DNA from: Planctomycetota bacterium
Lineage (GTDB): Bacteria; Planctomycetota; UBA1135; UBA2386
Direction: 5' to 3'
DNA: 64,000 bases
NCBI GenBank assembly: GCA_965228735.1
Contig: OZ245838.1
Location: forward strand, 768,001-832,000
This document shows, piece by piece, positions 27,888 through 36,470 of this stretch. The notes beneath the pieces are model-generated. The model saw only the letters and a program-made list of their open reading frames with translations, was not told the DNA's origin and did not search any database. A program made the position numbers and the translations under genes. The stretch's first letter is position 1. Each line of letters opens with the position of its first letter.

Positions 27888-30029
27888 GTGATGTCCGGAA
27901 CCCACCCCTCGCCGCGGACCGCGCTCGCGGTCCTGCTCAGTCTGTTCTTCGCCACACTGCTCTTCGCCCCTGGTCTCGCCGCCCAGGCGATCAGCAAGGA
28001 CGACTTCCGTAGCGAGTTCTCGCAGGGCCTGCGCCTCGACGACAAGAAGTTGATGGACAAGGTCATGAAGAAGCAGGGCGCGCCCGCCCACGCGATGCTC
28101 TACCTCGAGGAGCTCTGCATCGAGCAACGCGGCGGTCAGGTCGACAACTCCGAGAAGCGCAACGCCCTGCTCGAGTCGTGGGGGCGCTGCTTCGAAGGCA
28201 ACGGCGCGCTGCTCAAGATGCAACGCTGGGTCGACAGTATGGGGCAGGACCAGCTCGACGCCCTGCAGCGCGGTCGCACCGAGTCGGCCAAGCTCTGGCG
28301 GCTCTACGAGAACATGGCCGAGCCGAATCGTGAGGAGCTGATGCAGATCGCGTCACAGTTCGGTCAGCTCGGCCGCAACGCCAAGGCGATGGGGCATCAG
28401 TCGGAAGCGGCGGAGTGCTACAGCCTGGGGGCCACCGTCGCCGGCAAGGTCAAGCGCAACGAGCGGACGCTGGACACCCGCCGCGAGGTCCTGCGGCTCT
28501 GCGAGGAGTTCATGTACGCGCGTGACGCGTGGGACTTCAAGTTCGACACCGTCTACCTGCAGATCCAGGCGTTCGTGAAGGACGAGAAGGTGCGGATCGA
28601 GGAGGACGAGAAGGAAGCCGACAAGCGCCGCGACGAGGGCTACGACGACGACATCAAGGGCATCGAGGCGCTCGTGATGCCGAACGTCCCGGCCAAGCAG
28701 GTGCCGTTCAAGTACGCCGCGCTCAAGGCGTGGGACAAGGAGATCGGCTACGGCCCGAAGAGCGGCATGTACCCGATGCTGTGGTGGAACGTCGTCTGTG
28801 AGGGCGTCGGCACGTCGAGCAAGATGGTGTGGTTCCAGGCCGCGGACATCCACTTCGGCCGCACGGGCGGCAACAAGTTCGTGATCGCGCTCAACCCGGA
28901 CGAGCTGGAGAAGGGCGACGAGCTCGAGGTGTCGAGCCGGCCCAAGCCGAGCACGTTCTACATCGATGCCGCGAAGGAGGTGCCCTACACGATGTTCTTC
29001 TGGATGGGCTCCGACCGGGAGCGGGTCGGCATCGCGGAGTGCAACGTCGCGCCGCGCGTCGATTACGCCAACGCCTACTACAAGAGCGGGGCGAGCTGGA
29101 CCGGGTCGATCGGTAAGGACGCGCTCACGTTCTACGACGACAACTGCAACGGCCGGCCGGGCGAGAGCGATCCGTTCGCGGACGCCCTCAAGATCAACAC
29201 GCTCGGCGAATGGGACAATGACGGCACCGTCGTGCCCAACCTCGACTCGATGCGGATCGGGAAGGGCCCGCGCGTGCCGGCGACGCAGTTCGTCAAGCTC
29301 ACGGACGGCTGGCACCTCGTCGAGGCCAAGGCGGCGCACCTCGAACACCGCCCGCTCAACCCCGAGTATTTCAAGACCGGCAAGGTCAAGCTGGCCTGGA
29401 AGGGCGGCAAGAAGTCGGCGCCGTCGCAGGTCGTGATCCAGGGTCAGGGTGCGTTCAAGACCGCGATCTTCGACATCGCCGACGGCAAGGAGCTCGAGGT
29501 GCCGGCGGGCAAGTACACCGTGATCTTCGGCCGCATCGTCAAGGGCAAGGGCTCGCGCGTGCAGAACGCGACGATGTACCCCGGCGAGACCCACGAGGGC
29601 TTCGTCGTCGAGGCCGACAAGACGACGACGGTCGAGATGGGGGCGCCGTTCCAGATCACCTACACCCGCCGCGGTGACCAGAACGCCTCCATCGACGCGC
29701 TCAAGATCTTCGTGCAGGAGAAGTCGGGCTGCATCTTCACCGAGCTGCACGGCATGGGGCTCGAACCCGAGGTCGTCTGGGCCAAGGAGGCCGGCGGCAA
29801 GGGCAAGGTCATCGCGGAGTTCAAGCAGCTCGCCAATGGTGACCTCGTCAACGAGGCCAGCAAGGCGCACAGCAAGCTCAGCATCCTGACCGCGCTGTTC
29901 CCCAAGCCCGAGGGCTACAAAGAGGGTCCGCTCCGTCTCGACGTCAAACTGCCGGAAGAAGGCCTCGTCCTCGGCCTGCAGCAGAAGAAGCACAGCGTCT
30001 TCGGCAAGCTCGAGCCCGTCTGGAAGTAG
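27888..30029 (+). CDS. Large hypothetical secreted protein
   Basis: Signal peptide ending LAAQ; helical N-half and beta-rich C-half; strongly coding-like composition. Confidence 0.8.
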   Translation: MMSGTHPSPRTALAVLLSLFFATLLFAPGLAAQAISKDDFRSEFSQGLRLDDKKLMDKVMKKQGAPAHAMLYLEELCIEQRGGQVDNSEKRNALLESWGRCFEGNGALLKMQRWVDSMGQDQLDALQRGRTESAKLWRLYENMAEPNREELMQIASQFGQLGRNAKAMGHQSEAAECYSLGATVAGKVKRNERTLDTRREVLRLCEEFMYARDAWDFKFDTVYLQIQAFVKDEKVRIEEDEKEADKRRDEGYDDDIKGIEALVMPNVPAKQVPFKYAALKAWDKEIGYGPKSGMYPMLWWNVVCEGVGTSSKMVWFQAADIHFGRTGGNKFVIALNPDELEKGDELEVSSRPKPSTFYIDAAKEVPYTMFFWMGSDRERVGIAECNVAPRVDYANAYYKSGASWTGSIGKDALTFYDDNCNGRPGESDPFADALKINTLGEWDNDGTVVPNLDSMRIGKGPRVPATQFVKLTDGWHLVEAKAAHLEHRPLNPEYFKTGKVKLAWKGGKKSAPSQVVIQGQGAFKTAIFDIADGKELEVPAGKYTVIFGRIVKGKGSRVQNATMYPGETHEGFVVEADKTTTVEMGAPFQITYTRRGDQNASIDALKIFVQEKSGCIFTELHGMGLEPEVVWAKEAGGKGKVIAEFKQLANGDLVNEASKAHSKLSILTALFPKPEGYKEGPLRLDVKLPEEGLVLGLQQKKHSVFGKLEPVWK

Positions 30030-30078
30030 GTCCGTACGGGGTGAATCCGGCGGGGTGGGCGCTAGGATCGCGCGCCAC

Positions 30079-31371
30079 ATGCTCGACATCCGCACCCTGC
30101 GAGAGGATCCCGACGCCGCGCGCGCGGGGGCCATCAAGAAGCACCTTCCCGACCGCGCGGAGGCGGTCGATCGCGCGCTCGCGATCGACGCCGAGCTGCG
30201 CGGGCTCGTGCCAAGGCTCGACGGGATGCGCAGCGAGCAGAAGGCGGCCGGCAAGCAACTCGGCAAGCTCTCGCCCGACGAGCGCGAGGCGTTCCTCGCG
30301 AAACAGAAGGAGAAGAAGGTCGAGCTGCACGCGCTCGAGGAGCAGGAGAAGAAGCTCAAGCACGAGCTCGAAGCCCAGCTCATGCTCGTGCCCAACATCC
30401 CGGACGACGAGGTTCCCGACGGCAAGGACGACACGCTCAACGTCGAACTACGCAAGTGGGGGGAGCCGACGACGTTCGACGGCTTCGAGCCGCGCGCGCA
30501 CTACGACATCGGTGAGGGCCAGGGCTGGCTCGACTTCACGCGCGCGGCCGAGATGGCCGGCTCGCGCAACTACATGCTCTTCGGCGATCTCGCGCTGCTG
30601 CACGACGCGGTGTTGCGCTTCGCGATGGAGTTGATGGTGGCGCGCGGGTTCACCCCGATCGATCCGCCGCTGCTCGTGCGGGACGCGGCGATGCTCGGCA
30701 CCGGCTTCTTCCCCGGCGGCGAAGAGCAGACCTACCGGTGCGAGAAGGACGGGCTCAACCTCATCGGCACGAGCGAGGTGCCGGTCACGTCGCTGCACGC
30801 GGGCGAGATGCTCAAGGAGGACGAGCTGCCGAAGAAGTACGTCGCGCGGTCGGCCTGCTTCCGCCGCGAGGCCGGCACCTACGGCAAGGACACGCGCGGG
30901 CTCTACCGCGTGCACCAGTTCCAGAAGGTCGAGCAGGTCATCGTCGACGTCGCCGACCGCGACCGTTCGATCGAGCACCACCACGCGATCGTGCAGAACG
31001 CCGAGGACCTGCTGCAGGCGCTCGAGCTGCCGTACCGCGTCGTCGCGGTCTGCGGCGGCGATCTCGGCGTGCCGCAGGCGATGAAGTACGACATCGAAAC
31101 CTGGATGCCGTCGCGCGAGCACTACGGCGAGACCCACAGCGCGTCACGCTTCTACGACTACCAGGCCCGCCGCCTCGACCTGCGCTACCGGCCGAAGGCG
31201 AGCAAGAAGCCGCTGTTCTGCCACACGCTGAACAACACGGTGATCGCGAGCCCGCGCGTGCTCATCCCGCTGATCGAGTGCCACCAGCAGCAGGACGGGA
31301 CGGTCAAGTTGCCGCCCGCGCTCGTGCCGCTGATGGGCGGGCGCGAGATCATCGGCCGGCCGCTCGACTGA
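30079..31371 (+). CDS. serS: Seryl-tRNA synthetase
   Basis: MLDI, LIGTSE, CFRREAG, RGLYRVHQFQKVE, HTLNNT. Confidence 0.98.
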   Translation: MLDIRTLREDPDAARAGAIKKHLPDRAEAVDRALAIDAELRGLVPRLDGMRSEQKAAGKQLGKLSPDEREAFLAKQKEKKVELHALEEQEKKLKHELEAQLMLVPNIPDDEVPDGKDDTLNVELRKWGEPTTFDGFEPRAHYDIGEGQGWLDFTRAAEMAGSRNYMLFGDLALLHDAVLRFAMELMVARGFTPIDPPLLVRDAAMLGTGFFPGGEEQTYRCEKDGLNLIGTSEVPVTSLHAGEMLKEDELPKKYVARSACFRREAGTYGKDTRGLYRVHQFQKVEQVIVDVADRDRSIEHHHAIVQNAEDLLQALELPYRVVAVCGGDLGVPQAMKYDIETWMPSREHYGETHSASRFYDYQARRLDLRYRPKASKKPLFCHTLNNTVIASPRVLIPLIECHQQQDGTVKLPPALVPLMGGREIIGRPLD

Positions 31372-31375
31372 CGGC

Positions 31376-31407
31376 CCCGATGCGAGGGGCCCGATGCGAG
31401 GGGCCCG
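31376..31407. repeat. 14-bp tandem duplication CCCGATGCGAGGGG (about 2.3 copies)
   Basis: Read directly, between convergent serS and the gspJ-like gene. Confidence 0.75.
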
Positions 31408-31415
31408 CGCCGGGT

Positions 31416-32546
31416 TCAGCGGCCGCCGAGGCCGCCGAAACCGCCGAATCCACCGAAGCCGCCGGCGCCGCCGGCGCCCCCGAGGATCTGGTTGATGTTG
31501 AAGCCCGGCGGCAGGTTCGTCGTCGTCGACGGCCGGTTGCCGCCGCCCGGGAAGCCGCCGCGACCAGCGCCGCGGCCGCCGTCGCCGCCGGCCCGGATGC
31601 CGTCGCCGCCAGGACCGCCGCGCTGCGTCGTCGCGCGACCCTGCGTGATCTCGATGTTGCCCTGACCGCCGGGACCGCCCGGTCCGCCGGGGCCACCGCC
31701 GCCACCGAGGCCCGGGGCGCCGCCGGGTTGCTCGCCGGCCATGCCCGTCGGGGCGCCCGGCGGGAGCACCGGCACCATCGCCTGGCCGCCGCGCAGGATC
31801 CTCGCCTGGTCGGGGTCGAACACGAAGTGGCGAATGTAGGTCTTCTCGGCCGATTCGAAGTCATCGATCTCGGCGTCGTTCACGACGTTGCGGCTGCCGC
31901 GGCGGCGCTCGATCGTGAACTCGACGCGGATGCGCCGCGGCAGCAGGTCGTTCTTGCTGCTGTCCCATTCGAGCTGCTCCTCGGCCTCGTAGCCGAGCTC
32001 GTCGAAGTAGGTCACCTTGAACGACTTGATCCGGTCGTGCACGAGCTGGAACGTGCCCTGGTCGCCCTGCTGGATCAGGTCGCGGTCGACGAGCGGATCT
32101 TCGCGGCGGTACATCTCGATGAGATCGCGATACCGCTGGTTGGGCTTGAACCAGTAGCCGACCTCGCAGAGCGACGTGCGCTTCGGGTTGCCGTAGGAAT
32201 CGAGCACGTAGCCGACCGAGTCGGTCGTCGTGAGGAAGTCCATGCGGTCGGCCTCGAAGCTGCCGACGTCCATGTCCCGCCCGCGGAAGACCGCGTTGTC
32301 GTGCACGTTGAACGTCCACATGCCCTGCAGATCACGCTCGAGCAGGTTGAGGATGCGCGGTCCGGCCTCGGTCGACTCGGACAGCTCCTCGATCGCCTCG
32401 CGCGCGTCGAGCATCGCGTGGAACGTCGTGCCCACGGTCAGCATCACCGTGCCGCTGATCGCGATGGCGAGCATGACCTCGACCAGCGTGAAGCCGCGGT
32501 CGGTCCGGTTCGTACCCCGGCGTTGCATCATCGTTCTGCCTTGCAT
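31416..32546 (-). CDS. Minor pseudopilin, GspJ-like, with Gly-rich tail
   Basis: G/FTLVEVM prepilin site; LERDL, EVGY, LPRRIRV; fourth gene of the cluster. Confidence 0.82.
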   Translation of the reverse strand: MQGRTMMQRRGTNRTDRGFTLVEVMLAIAISGTVMLTVGTTFHAMLDAREAIEELSESTEAGPRILNLLERDLQGMWTFNVHDNAVFRGRDMDVGSFEADRMDFLTTTDSVGYVLDSYGNPKRTSLCEVGYWFKPNQRYRDLIEMYRREDPLVDRDLIQQGDQGTFQLVHDRIKSFKVTYFDELGYEAEEQLEWDSSKNDLLPRRIRVEFTIERRRGSRNVVNDAEIDDFESAEKTYIRHFVFDPDQARILRGGQAMVPVLPPGAPTGMAGEQPGGAPGLGGGGGPGGPGGPGGQGNIEITQGRATTQRGGPGGDGIRAGGDGGRGAGRGGFPGGGNRPSTTTNLPPGFNINQILGGAGGAGGFGGFGGFGGLGGR

Positions 32547-33268
32547 CAGTTGCCTCCGCTGAATGGGTTGCCGCCGGCTGCGCCCGCCTCGCCGGCGCCG
32601 CCGCCTTGGCCGCGCGACGCCGCGACGGCGCTCGCCTGCTCGGGCGTGAGCCCCGAGATCGCGAGCGTGCTGAGCCGCGCCTTGACCATGAGCGCGTCGC
32701 GCTGATCCGGGTAGTCGGGGTTGAGCTTGGGGAAGTAGACGATGACGCCGACCTCCTCGAACTCGTCCTCGGTCGGCGCGCGCTCCTCGAGTTCGCGGGC
32801 CTGCTGCTCCTCGTAGAGCTGATCCTGATACTCCATGAAGCTCAGGCCCCGCGACTTCGCCCTGCGGTACTGGTCCCGCTCGCGCTGCCACTGGTTCTCC
32901 TCGATCGCCTCGCCGTCGTCACCGGCCGCCATGTTCGCGATCTCGGTCTCGGCGTCGGTCACGGCGGTCTCGCCGATCACGATCTTGTAGCTCCAACGCT
33001 CGGCGTACTTCTCCTCGAGCGAGATCTCCGTGCCGGAGTCGGGCGGCACCTCGTGGGAGCCGGCGCGCAGCTCGGACAGCCGTTCGTCCGCGATCTCGCG
33101 CGCGAGCCGCCAGTTGCGGGCGTGGGTCGCGTCGATGAGCGCGGTCGTGCGCACGCCGAGGAACGTCGTCACGACGAGCGCGACGATGCCGAGCGCGACG
33201 AGGGCTTCGAGCAGGGTGAAGCCGGCTTCATCGCCTGCCGATCGCAGAACCTCTGGTCGCTGGCTCAT
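32546..33268 (-). CDS. Minor pseudopilin, GspI-like (extended)
   Basis: G/FTLLEALVALGIVA; TGATG-coupled to both neighbours. Confidence 0.8.
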   Translation of the reverse strand: MSQRPEVLRSAGDEAGFTLLEALVALGIVALVVTTFLGVRTTALIDATHARNWRLAREIADERLSELRAGSHEVPPDSGTEISLEEKYAERWSYKIVIGETAVTDAETEIANMAAGDDGEAIEENQWQRERDQYRRAKSRGLSFMEYQDQLYEEQQARELEERAPTEDEFEEVGVIVYFPKLNPDYPDQRDALMVKARLSTLAISGLTPEQASAVAASRGQGGGAGEAGAAGGNPFSGGN

Positions 33269-33840
33269 CAGAATGCTCCTTCGCCGACGTAGGGCGGGTC
33301 GGGGATCTCGCCTTCGCGGCTCTCGTGCACCGAGGTGGCGCCGGTGAGGCCACGCAGTTCGATCGCCCAGATCTCGTTGGGCTCGTCCTCGAGGCGGAGC
33401 ACGATGACCTGGTCGCTCGAGAAGCCGTACTCGTCGAAGCGCACGCGGTAGATGCCGCTCTCCGCGAGCCCGGTCCTGCCGTCGCCGACGCCGGCGAACT
33501 TGACGCCCTTCTCGAGTTCGTTCCACTCGAACCACTTCTCCTCGAGGCTCTGCGGATCCTGATCGAGCGTCAGCCGCATGTCGGCCGGCAGGATCATGCG
33601 CCAGCGCGCCCGATCGAGATCGAGCTCGAGCGACATCTCGCGGCCGCGGATCAGCGCCTCCGAACGCAGATAGTCGAGGCGCCGCAGGATCTGCTTGCCG
33701 CTGCCCTCGAGGCGCGCGCTCGGCACGAGCGCGCCGAGGTTGGGCAGGACCATCGCGAGCAGCAGCGAGATGATCGCCATCGTCACGAGCAGCTCCATCA
33801 ACGTGAAGCCGCTCACGCTCGTTCGCCCGCGAGTTCGCAC
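33268..33840 (-). CDS. Minor pseudopilin, GspH/FimT-like
   Basis: G/FTLMELLV..., RSEAL, RFDEYG. Confidence 0.82.
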   Translation of the reverse strand: MRTRGRTSVSGFTLMELLVTMAIISLLLAMVLPNLGALVPSARLEGSGKQILRRLDYLRSEALIRGREMSLELDLDRARWRMILPADMRLTLDQDPQSLEEKWFEWNELEKGVKFAGVGDGRTGLAESGIYRVRFDEYGFSSDQVIVLRLEDEPNEIWAIELRGLTGATSVHESREGEIPDPPYVGEGAF

Positions 33841-34244
33841 TACTCCTTCGACTTGCGCGAAGAGATGTCGTCCTCGTCGCCCTCGATGCCGTTCGGGCCG
33901 CAGCTGATGACCTCGAAGTCCTTGCTGGTCTCGCCGCGCAGGATGAACTCGTTGCTCCAGGGGTCCGTCTCGAGCGACTCGATGTAGGAACGGCCACCGT
34001 CGTCGCCGCCGACGAGGTCCTCGAGCGTATCCGGCAGGCGACCCTGCTCGGCGTAGTACAGCTTGATCGCGTCGGCGATCGCGCGCGCGCTGGTCTGCGC
34101 CGTCTTCGCGCGGGCTTCGTCACTCGCGCCGATGACGTTGGTCGCGACCATGGTCGCGAGCAGGCCCAGGATCACGATCACCACCATGATCTCGACGAGG
34201 GTGAAGCCGGCTTGCGCCCGGCGGTCGTTCTTGTGCGTTTTCAT
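33840..34244 (-). CDS. gspG: Major pseudopilin GspG
   Basis: G/FTLVEIMVVIVILGLLA, DPWSN, SCGPNG...DDI. Confidence 0.9.
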   Translation of the reverse strand: MKTHKNDRRAQAGFTLVEIMVVIVILGLLATMVATNVIGASDEARAKTAQTSARAIADAIKLYYAEQGRLPDTLEDLVGGDDGGRSYIESLETDPWSNEFILRGETSKDFEVISCGPNGIEGDEDDISSRKSKE

Positions 34245-34406
34245 AGATTCGATATCCACGCTCCAGTCTACCGCATGGGTCTGGTGAACCGTATCGGTCG
34301 TTCGGAGCCAGTTCTTGGACGGACCAGTCCCCGTGGTCTTCCGGGTGTTTCGGGAGAACGAAGGGACCATGGCATCGGGCCGCTCGGCCCGCGATGATCG
34401 CCGCCG

Positions 34407-36470
34407 ATGCGGAAGCCCATGATCATAACCTTCGTAGCCGGGGCGCTCGTCGCCCTGTCCGGCGGATTCGGCACCGGCCTGCGGGCCCAGCGCCCGATGA
34501 CGCCGGAGGACCTCGCCACGCTGTCCCGGGTCGGCGGGCTCACGCAGAGCCCGGACGGCAGCCGCCTGCTGTTCACGGTCCGGACGCCCGATCTCGCCGA
34601 GAACCGCAGCGCCGGCGCCGTCTACCACCTGCTCACGGACCTGTCGGAGCCGCCGATCCAGGTCGCGCCGGGCGGTTCGCCCGCGTTCGTCCGGAACGCG
34701 TTCTCGGCGATCGACGGCGGCAGCCTGCTGCGGATCCCGCTCGCGCCGGTGGTCGATTCCGCGCCTCGGGTCGAGGAGTTCGAGCTGCCGGCCGGCGCGA
34801 TCAACGTGCAGTGGTCGCCGACGGGCACCCACATCGCGTTCACCAGGAGCGTGGTCCTCGACCCGCCCGTGACGACCCAGCACAGCGATCTGCCCGCGGC
34901 CAACGCGCGGGCCTACGACGATCTCATGGTGCGCCACTGGGACACCTGGAACGACGGCAGCTTCAGCCACCTGTTCGTGCAGCGGCTCGGGGCCGACCCG
35001 GTCGATCTCATGGCCGGCGAACGGGTGCACACGCCGTTGCCGCCGTTCGGCGGGGCCGAGCAGATCGCGTGGTCGCCGGACGGCAAGGAACTCTGCTACA
35101 CCGCGCGGCGGGTCGGCAACCCCGAGGCGAGCACGGATAGCCAGCTCTGGATCGTGCCGGCGACCGGTGGCGAGCATCGCTGCATCACGAAGGCCAACCC
35201 GGGCTACGACGTCGAGCCGGTCTACTCGCCGGACGGGCGTTGGATCGCCTACTCGTCGATGGCGCGCGACGGCTACGAGAGCGATCGCAACCGCGTGATG
35301 CTGCACGACCGGCAGAGCGGCAAGAATCACGAGCTGCTGCCGAAGTTCGACGCGTCGCCGCACGAGCTCACGTGGCGGGCCGACAGCGGCGCGCTGTTCT
35401 TCACCGTCGACACGCGCGGCACCACGCAGCTCTACATGTGCAAGGTGGACGAGAACGGCACCCCGACGGACCCCGTGCCCGTCACCAAGGGGCGGCGGCG
35501 GCTCTCGAGTCCGGCCGTGCATCCCGATGGCAGCAAGGTCTACTGCCTGCAGACCATGACCGAGCGCGCGGCCGAGGTCGTCGAGGTCACCGTCGCGAGC
35601 GGGGCGGTGCGGACGATCACCGACGTCAACGGTCCGGCCTACGCGAAGTTCGCGCCGATCACCGTCGACGAGGAGTGGTTCGAGGCGACGGACGGGGAGA
35701 AGATCCACAGCTGGATCGTCAAGCCGCCGGGCTTCGACGAGAGCAAGAAGTACCCGTTCATCCTCTACTGCCAGGGCGGGCCGCAGAGCCAGGTCGGGCA
35801 GTGGTACTCGTTCCGCTGGAACTTCCACCTGATGGCGTCCCAGGGCTACGTCGTCGCGGCGGTCAACCGGCGCGGGCTGCCGGGTTTCGGCACGAAGTGG
35901 AACGAGCAGATCTCGCGCGACTGGGGCGGTCAGGCGATGCAGGACCTGCTGTCGGTCTGCGATGCGATGCAGGCGCGCGACTACATCGACGAGGAGCGCA
36001 CGGCCGCGGTCGGCGCGAGCTTCGGCGGCTACACGGTCTACTGGCTCATGGGCAACGGACACCTTCGGAACGGCGGTGATCGCTTCGCGTGCATGATCTC
36101 GCACTGCGGTGTGTTCAACCTCGAGAGCATGTACCTCTCGACCGAGGAGCTGTTCTTCGTGAACTGGGACCTCGGCGGACCGTTCTGGAAGTCGCCGGAG
36201 ATCGCGGCCGACTACCGCCGCTTCTCGCCGCATCGCTACATCGAGAACTGGCGCACGCCGCTGCTCGTGATCCACGGCGAGAAGGACTTCCGCGTGCCGT
36301 ACGAGCAAGGTTTGCAGGCGTTCACCGCGGCCCAGATCATGGGCGTGGAGAGCCGGATGCTGACGTTCCCAGAGGAGGGGCACTGGGTGCTGTCGCCGCA
36401 GAACGGCGTGCTCTGGAGCCGTGAGTTCTATGCCTGGCTGGATCGGTTCTGCAAGCAGGAGGAGAAGTGA
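34407..36470 (+). CDS. S9 family serine peptidase (DPP5/acylaminoacyl-peptidase-like), exported
   Basis: Beta-propeller WSPDG repeats, GGPQ, GASFGG, DFRV, FPEEGHWV. Confidence 0.95.
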   Translation: MRKPMIITFVAGALVALSGGFGTGLRAQRPMTPEDLATLSRVGGLTQSPDGSRLLFTVRTPDLAENRSAGAVYHLLTDLSEPPIQVAPGGSPAFVRNAFSAIDGGSLLRIPLAPVVDSAPRVEEFELPAGAINVQWSPTGTHIAFTRSVVLDPPVTTQHSDLPAANARAYDDLMVRHWDTWNDGSFSHLFVQRLGADPVDLMAGERVHTPLPPFGGAEQIAWSPDGKELCYTARRVGNPEASTDSQLWIVPATGGEHRCITKANPGYDVEPVYSPDGRWIAYSSMARDGYESDRNRVMLHDRQSGKNHELLPKFDASPHELTWRADSGALFFTVDTRGTTQLYMCKVDENGTPTDPVPVTKGRRRLSSPAVHPDGSKVYCLQTMTERAAEVVEVTVASGAVRTITDVNGPAYAKFAPITVDEEWFEATDGEKIHSWIVKPPGFDESKKYPFILYCQGGPQSQVGQWYSFRWNFHLMASQGYVVAAVNRRGLPGFGTKWNEQISRDWGGQAMQDLLSVCDAMQARDYIDEERTAAVGASFGGYTVYWLMGNGHLRNGGDRFACMISHCGVFNLESMYLSTEELFFVNWDLGGPFWKSPEIAADYRRFSPHRYIENWRTPLLVIHGEKDFRVPYEQGLQAFTAAQIMGVESRMLTFPEEGHWVLSPQNGVLWSREFYAWLDRFCKQEEK

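Noticed and set aside
33840..36383. 847-aa ORF ending in GspG
   Set aside because: Only the last 134 aa are real; the rest is antisense to the S9 peptidase
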